Assembly: GCA_043825735.1 (NCBI GenBank)
Contig: JBDRRP010000105.1
Location: forward strand, 1-64,000
From: Pseudomonadota bacterium
Lineage (GTDB): Bacteria > Desulfobacterota > Desulfobacteria > Desulfobacterales > JBDRRP01
Direction of reading: 5' to 3'
DNA: 64,000 nucleotides
Shown piece after piece: positions 37,638 to 48,426 of this stretch (position 1 is its first letter; every line of letters begins with the position of its first letter). The position numbers and the translations under genes are program-made. The notes beneath the pieces are model-generated. The model was not told the DNA's origin, did no database searches, and saw nothing but the letters and a program-made list of their open reading frames with translations.

Positions 37638-38837
37638 TTAGCCTTCGAACTTATAGGTGCGCCGGATGTTGGTAATGATGCCGCCGGGCCGAAAGACCAT
37701 CATGCACACCAGAATGGCCCCAAAGGCGAGCATCCGGTATTCGGAAAAGGCCCGGAGGTATTCGGGGAGCAGAATCAGCACGAATGCCCCCACGACGACC
37801 CCGATGATGGAGCCCATGCCGCCGAGCACCACGATGCATAAAATATTGATGGATTCCCAGATGGTGAAGCTTGCCGGGTTGATGAAGGTCGTCTTGGCTG
37901 CGAACACCACCCCGGCCAGACCCGCCCAGGTCGCGCCCAGGGCGAACGCCGTGAGCTTTGTCTTGGTTTTGTCGATCCCCATGGCCTGGCAGGCGACCTC
38001 GTCTTCGCGCAGTGCCAGCCAGGCCCGCCCCAGGCGGGAATTCTGGAGCCGGTTGACGAAAAAAATGGTAAACAGCGTCAGGGCGATCATCAGAAAATAA
38101 ATGTAGGTGGTGCTTTGCTGGAGCGACAGCTCTATGCCGAACAGCGAGGGCCGCGGAATGTTGGCGATGCCGCTGGGGCCAAAGGAGAACTCGTTCCAGT
38201 TTTCCAGGATCAACCGGATGATCTCGCCAAAGCCCAGGGTAACGATGGCCAGATAGTCGCCCCGCAGGCGCAGCACCGGAAAGCCGAGAATGATTCCGAA
38301 CGTTGCCGCCAGACCGGCACCGATGGGCAGCGCGATCCAGAAGCCGAACCCGTAATGATAGTTGAGCAGCGCGTAGGAATAGGCACCCACCGCGTAAAAG
38401 GCCACGTAGCCCAGATCGAGCAGGCCGGCGACGCCCACCACGATGTTGAGCCCCAGCCCCAGCATCACGTACATGAGCGCGTTGGTCATGATATTGGTCT
38501 GGTACATGGAAAACACGAACGGAAAAAACGCAAACACCGCGCCCAAGGCCACCAGTGCCGGGATGCCCACCTGGCGCGTCATGATCACCCGCTGAAAAAA
38601 CGGCAGCCGATCGTCACCGCCCGCGGCCGCGGCCTTTCGCCCCATCTCTTTGCGGCGAATCGCGTAGCGCCAGCCAAAGGAGAGGAAAAAGATTCCCGTG
38701 CCGATCCAGAGCATGTTGTGCCAGCGCCACTCGATGATGTTTTCAACCGTGTTGACGCGGATCACCAGGATGGGAAAGGTCAAAAACATGAACCAGAGCG
38801 CTGCCAGCACCGATCGTTTGATTTCTTTTTGATTCAT
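37638..38837 (-). CDS. livM: Branched-chain amino acid ABC transporter permease
   Basis: GLNIVVGVAGLLDLGY, LRLRGDYLAIVTLGFGEI. Confidence 0.95.
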   Translation of the reverse strand: MNQKEIKRSVLAALWFMFLTFPILVIRVNTVENIIEWRWHNMLWIGTGIFFLSFGWRYAIRRKEMGRKAAAAGGDDRLPFFQRVIMTRQVGIPALVALGAVFAFFPFVFSMYQTNIMTNALMYVMLGLGLNIVVGVAGLLDLGYVAFYAVGAYSYALLNYHYGFGFWIALPIGAGLAATFGIILGFPVLRLRGDYLAIVTLGFGEIIRLILENWNEFSFGPSGIANIPRPSLFGIELSLQQSTTYIYFLMIALTLFTIFFVNRLQNSRLGRAWLALREDEVACQAMGIDKTKTKLTAFALGATWAGLAGVVFAAKTTFINPASFTIWESINILCIVVLGGMGSIIGVVVGAFVLILLPEYLRAFSEYRMLAFGAILVCMMVFRPGGIITNIRRTYKFEG

Positions 38838-38904
38838 TATTCTTCTTCCAAAAACTATGGTTCCGGATAATGCCCCGGCGCGCTTCGCCGGGCCGGAAAA
38901 TATT

Positions 38905-39807
38905 TTATACTTTCTGGGAATCCTTCCGTCCCAGGATGCCCTGGGGTCTGAAAATCAGAATGACAACCAGAAAAACGAACGCGAACACATCTTCGTAGTC
39001 ACTGGAGATGTATCCGGTGAAAAAGCTTTCCGTCCAGCCCAGCACCAGAGAGCCCACAACGGCGCCGGGAATGCTGCCGATGCCGCCCAGTACGGCGGCC
39101 ACGAACGCCTTGATGCCGGCGATAAACCCGATGTAAAAATTGATCTGGCCGATATGCGAGGCGATGAGCACGCCGCCCAGTGCGGCGGTGGCCGAACCGA
39201 TGATAAACGTGGCGGAAATCACCCGATCGACGTCCACCCCCACCAGCATGGCCATGGACTTGTCCTGGGCCGTCGCGCGCATCGCCTTGCCGATGCGGGT
39301 GAACTTGATCAGAAAGGTGAGCAGGATCATGACGACGGTGGTGGTGATGATGATGACGACTTCCTGGGTGGAAATGATGTGCGCGTAGGGTTCCCACCAC
39401 TCCCAGTCGGCGATAAGACTGGGAAACGGCAGAAAGTCGGACGTCTGCGCCAGCAGCACATAGTTTTGCAAAAACAGCGACATCCCGATGGCGCTGATCA
39501 GCGCGGACAGGCGCGGCGCGTTGCGCAGCGGTTTGTAGGCGATTTTCTCCATGGTCCAGCCATAGCTGGATGAGTAAATGACCGCGCACAGGGAAGCGAT
39601 CACCAGAATGGCGAGTTGGGGCCAGCCCAGCAGACCCAACACGCTGGCCACGATGAGCGCCGTGAAGGCGCCGATCATGTAAATCTCGCCGTGGGCGAAA
39701 TTGATCAGCTCGACGATGCCGTAAACCATGGTGTAGCCCAGCGCGATGAGGGCGTAGATACTGCCCCGCGTCAAGCCGCCGCAGAAAAGTTCAAAAAAGT
39801 ATTCCAT
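38905..39807 (-). CDS. livH: Branched-chain amino acid ABC transporter permease
   Basis: GSIYALIALGYTMVYG, INFAHGE, KAFVAAVLGGIG. Confidence 0.95.
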   Translation of the reverse strand: MEYFFELFCGGLTRGSIYALIALGYTMVYGIVELINFAHGEIYMIGAFTALIVASVLGLLGWPQLAILVIASLCAVIYSSSYGWTMEKIAYKPLRNAPRLSALISAIGMSLFLQNYVLLAQTSDFLPFPSLIADWEWWEPYAHIISTQEVVIIITTTVVMILLTFLIKFTRIGKAMRATAQDKSMAMLVGVDVDRVISATFIIGSATAALGGVLIASHIGQINFYIGFIAGIKAFVAAVLGGIGSIPGAVVGSLVLGWTESFFTGYISSDYEDVFAFVFLVVILIFRPQGILGRKDSQKV

Positions 39808-39867
39808 CGCTTAGTTCCGAATAGACCCGGCGGGAACCGAGGGGGCTGCCGCCGGCTCACCGTTCTT

Positions 39868-39906
39868 AAAAAAGGGGGGGGCCGGCAATAGGATGCCAGA
39901 CCCCCC
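39868..39906 (-). terminator. Terminator or stabiliser hairpin after the binding-protein gene
   Basis: GGGGGGTCTGGCA...TGCCGGCCCCCC plus T-run. Confidence 0.6.
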
Positions 39907-39928
39907 GTTACAATCGATGACAGTAGCG

Positions 39929-41056
39929 TTATTTGATTTCGACGTAAACGCCTTTTTTCACCTGGTAGACGGAGAAGCCGACACCGATGGCATCGCCGCG
40001 CTCGTCAAACTTGATCTGGCCCAGCGGGGTGTCCACCAGTTCGGTTCTGAGCGCCTTGGTCACCGCGTCGTAATTGGTGCTGCCGGCCTTTTCGATGGCG
40101 TTGAGCAGCGCCAGCGCGGCAGAATAGGCATTCAGGTAGAAGGCCCCGTAATCAGCGGCATAGGCATCCTGATGCTCCTTGCCGGCCTTGATGGCCAGCG
40201 GATTGCTGGTGGTGTCCTTTGGACCGGTGGCGTAAACGCCCTCGGCGTACTCGCCGGCCACTTTAATGAACGTGTCATCCTTGACGCCGTCATCGGAGAT
40301 GAAAACGGTCTTCATGCGTTTTTTGCGCATCTGGGTAACGATCTTGGACGCTTCCGGATGGTAGCCGCCGAAGATGACCGCCTCGGCGCCGGATTTCTTG
40401 ATTTTCTGAACGACGGCGGAGTAGTCCACTGCGCCGGGAGTGACACCTTCATACAGCACCACCTTGGCGCGGGAGTCTTTTTCCAAAAATAACTTGGCGA
40501 ATTCGGCCAGCCCCTTGCCGTAGTCGCCCTTGTCGTGAAGAACGGCGATCTTCGTAAACTTCAGGGTGTCCAGGGCAAAGTCCACTTCCAGGCGCGCCTG
40601 GGCATCGTCGGAGGCAATGGTCCGGAAAAAATTCGGGTAGTCGCCGCTCTGGGTCAGCGCCGGGTTGGTGGCAGACGGGCTCATGGCGATGATGCCGGCG
40701 TCCTTGTAAATCCCGAGGGCGGCCTTGGTGGCGCCGCTGCAGATGTGGCCGAGAACCGCAGCCACTTTCTGGGACGCCAGTTTGGTGGCGGTGTTGGTGG
40801 CCTTTTCAGGCTTGCATTCGTCGTCTTCCACGATCAGTTCAACCTGCATCCCGAGAACGCCTCCCTTGGCATTGATCTCCTTGACAACGAGTTCGGCCGC
40901 CTTGACGGTGGGGATGCCGTAGGACGCCAAGTCGCCACTGTGGGGGCCGGCCACGCCGAGCTTCAGGGTATCGGCCAACCCCGTACCGGTCATGCCCAAG
41001 ACCAAGCATGCGCTGACCACTGCCGTAAACAAAAGTTTGCCGTAATGCTTTTTCAT
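39929..41056 (-). CDS. livK: Branched-chain amino acid ABC transporter substrate-binding protein
   Basis: Signal peptide; EDDECKP, GHICSGAT, HDKGDYGKGLA. Confidence 0.9.
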   Translation of the reverse strand: MKKHYGKLLFTAVVSACLVLGMTGTGLADTLKLGVAGPHSGDLASYGIPTVKAAELVVKEINAKGGVLGMQVELIVEDDECKPEKATNTATKLASQKVAAVLGHICSGATKAALGIYKDAGIIAMSPSATNPALTQSGDYPNFFRTIASDDAQARLEVDFALDTLKFTKIAVLHDKGDYGKGLAEFAKLFLEKDSRAKVVLYEGVTPGAVDYSAVVQKIKKSGAEAVIFGGYHPEASKIVTQMRKKRMKTVFISDDGVKDDTFIKVAGEYAEGVYATGPKDTTSNPLAIKAGKEHQDAYAADYGAFYLNAYSAALALLNAIEKAGSTNYDAVTKALRTELVDTPLGQIKFDERGDAIGVGFSVYQVKKGVYVEIK

Positions 41057-41183
41057 CGTAAGCCCTCCTCAAAATATTATGTAAATGCGTCCTTCGATTG
41101 CCAAACAAATAACCTTGAATAAATAGCCATTTTGATATCAGGCGTCAAGGAATATGGACGATTGCACTACCAAATGATATCAA

Positions 41184-41783
41184 TCAATGTTGATCCGGAG
41201 CGCACACCACGGCCAGAATTCGGGCCGTGCCGTCCCCCACCCGCCGCAACGCATGAGGGATGCCGGAATCAAAGTACAAGCTGTCCTCCGAATCAAGCGT
41301 GATGGTCTTTTCTTCGGAATGAAACGCCACCCGCCCCTCCAGGACAAAGATGAACTCTTCGCCGCGGTGCTGATAATAGACCAGTTGTTCGAGATCCCGC
41401 GACTCGATTTCAACCACGAAGGGTTCCATCATTTTGAATGAAAACGGATGGGCAAGCGATTCGTAGCGGTATTCTGCCACAGCGGCGCCGTCGTCGCCCC
41501 GTCGACGAATGCTCTTCACGCGCTCAGCGGCGCGCACGACCGCAATACCCCGTGCCGTTTCCCGACTCTGGAAAAAGGCGCTGATATCCACAGTCAACGC
41601 CTTGGATATTTTAAGCAGGGTGGCGATGGGCGGCGCGGACACGTTGTTCTCAATCTGGGACAGCAGCGGTTTGGACAGGCCGGTGGCTTCCGATACGTCC
41701 TTGAGGGTCAAATCCCGCTTCAGCCGAAACTGGCGCACCCGGCGCCCGATGTTCAGCGCAGAGATTTCTTCCTGTACATCCAT
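41184..41783 (-). CDS. XRE-family HTH regulator with C-terminal cupin
   Basis: TLKDVSEATGLSKPLLSQIEN; HRGEEFIFVLEG...YFDSGIPH. Confidence 0.92.
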   Translation of the reverse strand: MDVQEEISALNIGRRVRQFRLKRDLTLKDVSEATGLSKPLLSQIENNVSAPPIATLLKISKALTVDISAFFQSRETARGIAVVRAAERVKSIRRRGDDGAAVAEYRYESLAHPFSFKMMEPFVVEIESRDLEQLVYYQHRGEEFIFVLEGRVAFHSEEKTITLDSEDSLYFDSGIPHALRRVGDGTARILAVVCAPDQH

Positions 41784-42006
41784 TGGCACCGGGATCTCTG
41801 AAAAAAAATAAAGGTGGATCTCATTTTTTTGATAACTGGCAATCAGCGTTTTATAGAGAGCAAGGTTGTTCATGTCAAACAATTTTTGGCAGAATTAAAC
41901 TCCTCGAGCCCCAAAAACCGACTTGCAGGGGCGCCTCGGAATTTGTATTGTCACGACGCACCGTCCGTTCAACCATTATGGGGTTATCTGCAGGAGAGCG
42001 TCGTCC

Positions 42007-42867
42007 GTGAAAACCATCGGTCTTTATGTCAAGAAGGATGCGCAGGCCTGCCGCAAAGCTGCCGAACTGGAGCACTGGCTCACCGGCAGGGGCTGCACCG
42101 TCATCCGACAGAGCAGTCCCTCACTTTCGGCGGATATGGCCGGAGCCGTGAATGCTGACACCGGCGCCCCGGAAACCCTCGAGTGCGTCATGGTGCTGGG
42201 AGGGGACGGCACCTTCCTGAGCGCGGTCCGCTGGATCGGCCGCCGGCAGATTCCTCTGCTGGGGGTCAAATTCGGAGAAGTGGGATTTCTCGCAGAAACC
42301 ACCGAAGATCAGCTGTTCAAAGCGGCGGAGATGGTTCTCGACAACCGCACCGCAATCCGTGAGCGCATGCAGCTATCCGTCACGGTACTGCGGGCCGGCC
42401 GGCCGGTGATGACCGGCGTCGTTCTCAACGACGTGGTCATCAACAAGGGCGCTCTGGCCCGCCTGGCTGACATCGAAACCCATGTGGACAACCATTATCT
42501 GACGACCTTTCGCGCCGATGGCCTGATCATCGCCACCCCCACGGGGTCCACCGCCTATTCACTGGCAGCCGGGGGGCCGGTCATCCACCCCGGGGTGGCC
42601 GCCATCGTCATGACGCCCATCTGCCCCTTCACCCTCACCAACCGCCCGCTGATTATCCCGGATACCGCCTGTATTGAAATGCGACTGGCCAAACCGACTG
42701 CGGACATCATGCTCACCATGGACGGTCAGGCGGGCTGTGATATCACCGGCGGTGACATCGTACGCATCTGCAAGGACAACCACAGCGTCCGGATGATCAC
42801 CCTGCCCGATCACAACTACTACGACATCCTGAAGGCCAAACTCCACTGGTCCGGCGGGCGGGTGTAG
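42007..42867 (+). CDS. nadK: NAD(+) kinase
   Basis: [41 protein letters not shown] before GTG 42007. Confidence 0.95.
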   Translation: MKTIGLYVKKDAQACRKAAELEHWLTGRGCTVIRQSSPSLSADMAGAVNADTGAPETLECVMVLGGDGTFLSAVRWIGRRQIPLLGVKFGEVGFLAETTEDQLFKAAEMVLDNRTAIRERMQLSVTVLRAGRPVMTGVVLNDVVINKGALARLADIETHVDNHYLTTFRADGLIIATPTGSTAYSLAAGGPVIHPGVAAIVMTPICPFTLTNRPLIIPDTACIEMRLAKPTADIMLTMDGQAGCDITGGDIVRICKDNHSVRMITLPDHNYYDILKAKLHWSGGRV

Positions 42868-42904
42868 CCGAGCGTTCCGGATGGTACTGAAAAACCGGAT
42901 GGCC

Positions 42905-43099
42905 CACCACGAAGTTCACGAAGGACACGAAGAAAACATTTAACAAAATCCGCTTCTCTATGAAGCTCCAGTTTAGCGTAAAAGACCGGCACCCCCGATG
43001 ACATTGTGATCACCACGGCGTCACGAAGGGCACAGGGAAAATCAAAAGCAGCTGATTTTGTTTATAAAATCTTCGTGCTCTTCGTGAACTTCGTGGTGA
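42905..43099. repeat. CACGAAG-type repeats plus copy of the 33320-33455 element
   Basis: Direct inspection; lies between convergent genes. Confidence 0.8.
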
Positions 43100-43149
43100 T
43101 CGCCCGCCGGTGAGGCAAGACGCCGCTTGCACCGCCATGGCAATCGGGG

Positions 43150-44190
43150 TCAGGGCCGGATGCCCGCGTCGGTGGCGCTGGGTGCCGGCTGCTCGGGAAG
43201 ATTGGAACGAATCAGCGGATTTTGTTTGATGGACTCCATGATCTGATCGGCGCTTTCGAGGCCCTCGCGCAGCTCCTGGATGCCTTCCTCGGTGGTGCGC
43301 ATGATATCCGGGATGTCATAGCTACCGGTTTCCACGTTTTTAAGTGTATTGCGCAGATGACCGACGGTGATGTCGATTTCAACCAGAATCCGGTTGAGCC
43401 GATCGAGGCCATCCGATGTTTTCAAGCCCACCCCTTTGATGGTGACCAGGTTTTCCTGAACCATGTCCATGGTGGGCGGCACCTTCCGCGCGGCCACCAT
43501 CAGCTCATCGAGAATGTCACCCAGGCGGTCGACCTTGGCCAACACCGCCTCCAAAAGCTCCCTGGATTTGAGCAGGCTGCCGGCCGTGCCGCTCCCGGCC
43601 TGCAACTCGCCGGTAATCATCTCCAGATGACGGGTGGCCCCCTCAATATGGGCCAGCGATGTCATCAACGGACCTTCCGGCCGCCGGAGCTGCTGGGCCG
43701 TCTCGGCAATCCCCTGTATGGCCTCCACCACCATTTTGGCGGTCTTTTCCACCTCGAACTCCGCCATGATGTCAGACAGCGATTTTTTGGCTTTGGTAAG
43801 AATCAGCGCGCCATCCATGAGCGGCGGCGCATCCAGGGGCCCCGGCTTGATGGAAACGAATTCGGAGCCGATCAATGTGGGGCTCTCTACGGTAGCCACT
43901 GACCCTTCACGCATGCGATCGGCGAATTCTTTGAAAATTCTGAGCTCCACGGTCACCTTCTCGCCCACCAACTCGATTTGCTTCACCTTGCCGATATCCG
44001 TGTTGTAGAGCTTTACGGGTGTGTTGACCTCAAGGTTGTAGCCTTCTGTGAAGGACGCATAAAACGTCATGGACGGCCGGAACCAGTCTTTACCCCTGCC
44101 GATCACGATAGTGGTCGCCAGCAGTAAAATGGCGATGAGGATCCCAAACAGCCCCACGATTTTTTCTCTGGAACTGAAATCGGTTACCAT
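43150..44190 (-). CDS. mlaD: MCE/MlaD family protein with long helical tail
   Basis: N-terminal TM, PVKLYNTDIGKV, LIGSEFVSIKPG, GTAGSLL, NPLIR. Confidence 0.85.
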   Translation of the reverse strand: MVTDFSSREKIVGLFGILIAILLLATTIVIGRGKDWFRPSMTFYASFTEGYNLEVNTPVKLYNTDIGKVKQIELVGEKVTVELRIFKEFADRMREGSVATVESPTLIGSEFVSIKPGPLDAPPLMDGALILTKAKKSLSDIMAEFEVEKTAKMVVEAIQGIAETAQQLRRPEGPLMTSLAHIEGATRHLEMITGELQAGSGTAGSLLKSRELLEAVLAKVDRLGDILDELMVAARKVPPTMDMVQENLVTIKGVGLKTSDGLDRLNRILVEIDITVGHLRNTLKNVETGSYDIPDIMRTTEEGIQELREGLESADQIMESIKQNPLIRSNLPEQPAPSATDAGIRP

Positions 44191-44344
44191 GCCCGCGTTT
44201 GTCCTTTCACATTAAAGGGGCCCGTCCACGGCCACTTCGAGAAAACCCGGAGCTGGGCAGCCGCCCCTCCTCGACGGCGTCGCCATCGCCACCGCACAGT
44301 GCGCGATCGTCCGGTCGCCGGCTTGCCGACCGGCGGCCAGCCGC

Positions 44345-45046
44345 CTATCGCAGCGCCTCGATCTGCTCGGCCAGATTGCTTGCCTCTTCACGCAGGCGGC
44401 CGCCGATGAGGGAGACGCTTCTGGTGATCAACTGGCGGATGGGGTTTTCGCCGTCACTCATCATTACCATGGGTACACCCTGCCGGTGAAGCGCCTTCAG
44501 ATGTTCCACGAGCAGGTAAACGGTATGGTGGCCGAACAGATCCTCTGGATTGTCCAGGATAACCAGGCTTGCGTCTCGGGTCAATTCACGAATGGCAATG
44601 GCGATGCGCCGGTCCAACGGGTTGAGCTCCCCGGGCCGTGCCGACAGCTTTCCCCCCAGGCCGGCATCGTGGCACAACCGTTTCACATCCGCCGACAGAT
44701 CCACGCTCAGATCGTTTTCGTAATAAAACCGTGAAAGCAGAAGGTTTTCCCGAATTGACAAGTTGCTGATCAACGCTGACACCGGCCCGATATAACAGAT
44801 CCGCCGGCGATGCAGAAGCCACTCGGCATAGCGCCGGAGCGACAGCGTGCGCCCATCGCAGCGGTATTCACCGGAGACCGGCGCACTGATCATGGCCAGT
44901 GCTTTGAGAAACTGATGACCCAAATCGGCAGTATCCGTCTGGACCGCACACACGTCCCAGGGCGCCAGGGAAAAGTCAAACGGCGCCAACGCAAGTTCGG
45001 TATCTTCAGCAGGCATGCAATAGGTTTTCAGTTCGATGACGGCCAT
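44345..45046 (-). CDS. Degenerate ABC ATPase-like protein at the MlaF position
   Basis: ABC scaffold (LISNLSIRENL, RPGELNP, IAIAIREL, LVILDNP) but no Walker A GK, no LSGG, no catalytic Glu or His. Confidence 0.75.
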   Translation of the reverse strand: MAVIELKTYCMPAEDTELALAPFDFSLAPWDVCAVQTDTADLGHQFLKALAMISAPVSGEYRCDGRTLSLRRYAEWLLHRRRICYIGPVSALISNLSIRENLLLSRFYYENDLSVDLSADVKRLCHDAGLGGKLSARPGELNPLDRRIAIAIRELTRDASLVILDNPEDLFGHHTVYLLVEHLKALHRQGVPMVMMSDGENPIRQLITRSVSLIGGRLREEASNLAEQIEALR

Positions 45047-45060
45047 GGTCGCCGATCCAT

Positions 45061-45867
45061 TTATAGATAAAATAAAAGTGATATGAGCGCATTCAGGGAC
45101 AGACAGTAAAAAAACGCCTCCACTGCGGCCTTGGAGGTGGCCGGGGGGATATCGGTGATCCGGCGATGGGTTTTAAGGCCGTGGTGGATGCTGGTGGCGC
45201 TGATGACCACGCCAAACAGCACCCCCTTGACGATGCCGACCCAGATGTCGGCACCAATGATGGCCTTGCTCACCTGGTTGAGAAAATCGGCCACGGGAAG
45301 ATAGGTAAACGTCCAGATAATCAGATACCCTCCCAGAATCGAACACAGGTCGAAAACGATGAACAGGCTGCAGATGGCCGATGTAATCCCAACGAGACGA
45401 GGAAGCAGCAAAACCCGCCAGGGATCGATGCCGGCGGCTTCGAAAACGTCCAACTCATTTAGAACGTTCATATAGCCCAGCTCGATGGTCACCGACGTCG
45501 CCGACCGCAAAATGACGATGAGCGCGGTAATCAAGGGGCCCAGTTCACGCACCACGAGAATGACCATCAACCGACCGGGGTCGTATTGGCCGGATACCCG
45601 CGCAAACTGGGCGATAAGGGCGGCACCGATGATCAAAGAGATAGGAACAATCAGCCAGAGCGCCTGGATGGCCGTGAAGTAAACCTGCTCGATCACCACC
45701 CTTCGCACCAGCGCACGCCCTTCCACGGGCGGGCGGTACAGTTTTCGCAGCAGGCGCCAGATCAGCGCGCACAATGCGCCGGCGCTGTCGGCGGCCTGGA
45801 TGATCCGGCGCCCGGTGCTTCCGGCGATCCTTGCTGGAATACTATGCTGTGAAAATCGCTCTGGCAT
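45061..45867 (-). CDS. mlaE: MlaE family ABC permease
   Basis: EQVYFTAIQAL, VRELGPLITALIVILRSA, LLPRLVG; start uncertain. Confidence 0.88.
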   Translation of the reverse strand: MPERFSQHSIPARIAGSTGRRIIQAADSAGALCALIWRLLRKLYRPPVEGRALVRRVVIEQVYFTAIQALWLIVPISLIIGAALIAQFARVSGQYDPGRLMVILVVRELGPLITALIVILRSATSVTIELGYMNVLNELDVFEAAGIDPWRVLLLPRLVGITSAICSLFIVFDLCSILGGYLIIWTFTYLPVADFLNQVSKAIIGADIWVGIVKGVLFGVVISATSIHHGLKTHRRITDIPPATSKAAVEAFFYCLSLNALISLLFYL

Positions 45868-46256
45868 GCATCCGACCATGGGATTGGGGAGCCCCGGCAG
45901 ATGCGCCGCCACCCGGCGTAAGGCTACCCGTAGATTTAATATTTGGTGAACGACAATTGTTGTTTTTGGCTTAATACAAGGCCCTAACAGCATATCCGTG
46001 GTTTATAAGAGATTCCTGTCTCCGCGGTCAACCACTATCGGGCAATGGGAGGCACCGCCGGCGGCGAGCATGAACCCGCACAGCCGGTCGTTGACAAAGA
46101 TCCGTCTTTATATTTTACTGACCAGACGGATGCGCTCGGGCGGACAAACAGTTGCTGGCTTGCTTTTCTTTCGCCCGTGTTCCCGGTGCGGGCCCCCTGC
46201 CCCATACCCTGCGCCCACCGATATCCGTCGTTAAACCCGCAACTGGAGCCGCGACC

Positions 46257-48380
46257 ATGAAACCAGCCATTTCCCGTTTCGCCCCCCTGTTGATCCTTTG
46301 CCTGCTGCTGTCCATGGCAGGTTGCGCCAGTGCAATAAAAGACGACGAGAACGTGCTCATCGTGGCATCCACCGAAGCGTTTACGCGTTTTTCCGGTGAA
46401 TACGAAAACACCGCATACTTTTTGAAGCACAAACCGGCCAGCATTGCCGTGCTCCCCTTTGAGAAAATGGAGGACAAAAGTTATTCCATTTCCTACGACT
46501 CGGAAAACCCTCCTGAAATCGTGCGCCGCGGCCTTTACAACCACATCGCCTCTCTGCCTTTCAAGGACCTGGAACTCCACCAGACCGATCAGCGCCTCAA
46601 AAATGCCGGTTTCACAGACCCCCGGACAATTGACGCCCTCATCGCCGACAATCCCGGCAAGCTGAAAAGCATCCTGGGCGTGGACGCCGTCTTTACTGGA
46701 AAAGTGACCCACTTTGACCGAATCTATGCGGGCATCTATTCCCAGACCGCCGTAGGCTGTGAGGTCAAATTCTGGGATCTTAAAAGCGGAAGACTGCTGT
46801 GGCGCGTCACTCATGTGCAGCGCGCCCACGCCGGCGGCATCTCCACCTCTCCGGTGGGATTGATCATTTCGGCCATGGCCTCCATCTGGAATCTCAAGCA
46901 GGAGGAAATGCTCAGCCAGACCGACGATTTGTTCCGAGAGATCGTTTCCACCATCGATCTGCCCACTTCGGCCCGCATCGCCCTTTCGGCGGCCCCGCGC
47001 ATTGACATGTTTGCCGCCGTCAACGCCGTCAAGCCGTTCACGCTTGGCCAAAAAGCCGTATTTCGCATTGTCGGGGACCCTGGTGGCCAGGCGGTTGTCG
47101 ACCTTGGAGATTTCAAGAGCGGGATCGCCCTCGCGCCCGTGACGGCCCAGCGAAAAGCAGAGATCCGCGGCGAAGTACTGGAGACCATCCGGCAGGCCGC
47201 TGCCGCAGCCGGCCAGGAAATGTCGCCGGAGATGCTCGCCAGCGTCTCCGGGGAGTTGGAAAACCGTGAAATTTATGAAGGCGCCTACCAGGTGGCACCC
47301 GATGAACAGGCCTACGGTCTCACTGCGCGCGCCTACCTGGTGAACGCAGACGGCATGCAGGCCCAGGCGATCGATGCAGTGCACCTGGTGGATATCGACA
47401 GCCTTCCACCGGCACCCGTGGGTGACGTGATCACGGCCCCCCTCGACGGCAAGGTGCACCTGACGTGGGCGGCCAGCGATGCCGATGATCTCGCGGGCTA
47501 TGAAATCTGGACCAGCGCGTCTCCCATCAGCGGATTTACCCGGGCTCTGACCAGCGAGCCGCCGGAAGCAATGATCTCCGGGGTGGACAATTTCGACCTG
47601 TTTTACGCCCGCGTTCGGGCGGTCGACAAGGCCGGCAATACCGGCAGTTTCAGCAAAGCGCTGGCTGCCGTTGCACTCCCCGCTGCCGGACTGCTCGCGC
47701 TGCCCCAGCCCGGCCCGACGCTGGGCGGCGTTGTCTCCGCGCCGATCCTTCTAAGCGCCCAAAAAAGCCCGTTTACCGTCACCGCCCCGATCCGGGTCAC
47801 TGCCGGCGGCGCCATTACCATCGCCCCCGGCGCCACGCTCCTGTTCAACTCCGGCGCGGCCATCATCGTCGAGGGGGGCAGCCTGTTTGCCTACGGCACC
47901 CTGAAACGCCCCGTCAGAATGGCCCCCCCAAGCGATACGGCCGGCCCCGGGGCCTGGGAAGGCATTGTCTTCACCAACGCCGGAGAATCCGGACTCACCC
48001 ACGTGGTCATCGAAAAGGCGAACACCGGTGTGCGCATTCAGGGCAGCGCGCCATCCCTCAGGCACATCACCATCAGCCAGTCGGCCCAGGCGGGGCTCCA
48101 CCTGATGGACAACGCGGCACCGGAGGTCACTTGCTGCACCTTCAACGAGAACCAGGGCCAGGGCGCCATCGTTTTGGAAGGCGCTGGGCTGAGTCCCCGC
48201 TTTCGCAGCAATACGTTTATCAACAACGATCCCTTCCAGGTCCAGAGCTACGCCCCCATCCAGGTGGACATGTCCCGAAATTACTGGGGCACGCCCCAGC
48301 CCGCAATGGAAGGTTTTCTGGGTGATATCGTCATTGAGCCGGTACTCACCGCCGTACCCGATGAGTGCGCAGCTCCCTAA
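46257..48380 (+). CDS. Multidomain lipoprotein: DUF799/GNA1162-like domain, FN3, right-handed beta-helix
   Basis: MAG-C lipobox; SIAVLPF...VDAVFTG...DLKSGRLLW; LTW...LAGYEIW...RAVDKAGN; WEGIVF...NYWG. Confidence 0.75.
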   Translation: MKPAISRFAPLLILCLLLSMAGCASAIKDDENVLIVASTEAFTRFSGEYENTAYFLKHKPASIAVLPFEKMEDKSYSISYDSENPPEIVRRGLYNHIASLPFKDLELHQTDQRLKNAGFTDPRTIDALIADNPGKLKSILGVDAVFTGKVTHFDRIYAGIYSQTAVGCEVKFWDLKSGRLLWRVTHVQRAHAGGISTSPVGLIISAMASIWNLKQEEMLSQTDDLFREIVSTIDLPTSARIALSAAPRIDMFAAVNAVKPFTLGQKAVFRIVGDPGGQAVVDLGDFKSGIALAPVTAQRKAEIRGEVLETIRQAAAAAGQEMSPEMLASVSGELENREIYEGAYQVAPDEQAYGLTARAYLVNADGMQAQAIDAVHLVDIDSLPPAPVGDVITAPLDGKVHLTWAASDADDLAGYEIWTSASPISGFTRALTSEPPEAMISGVDNFDLFYARVRAVDKAGNTGSFSKALAAVALPAAGLLALPQPGPTLGGVVSAPILLSAQKSPFTVTAPIRVTAGGAITIAPGATLLFNSGAAIIVEGGSLFAYGTLKRPVRMAPPSDTAGPGAWEGIVFTNAGESGLTHVVIEKANTGVRIQGSAPSLRHITISQSAQAGLHLMDNAAPEVTCCTFNENQGQGAIVLEGAGLSPRFRSNTFINNDPFQVQSYAPIQVDMSRNYWGTPQPAMEGFLGDIVIEPVLTAVPDECAAP

Positions 48381-48426
48381 AATCGGAAATTAGCCGGTTA
48401 TGTGGCACCAAACCGTGGAGGTGTTT

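Noticed and set aside
46035..47459. Long antisense ORFs (also 8691-9935, 19942-21057, 53542-54570, 60781-62070)
   Set aside because: Shadows of real GC-rich genes on the opposite strand with no recognisable motifs
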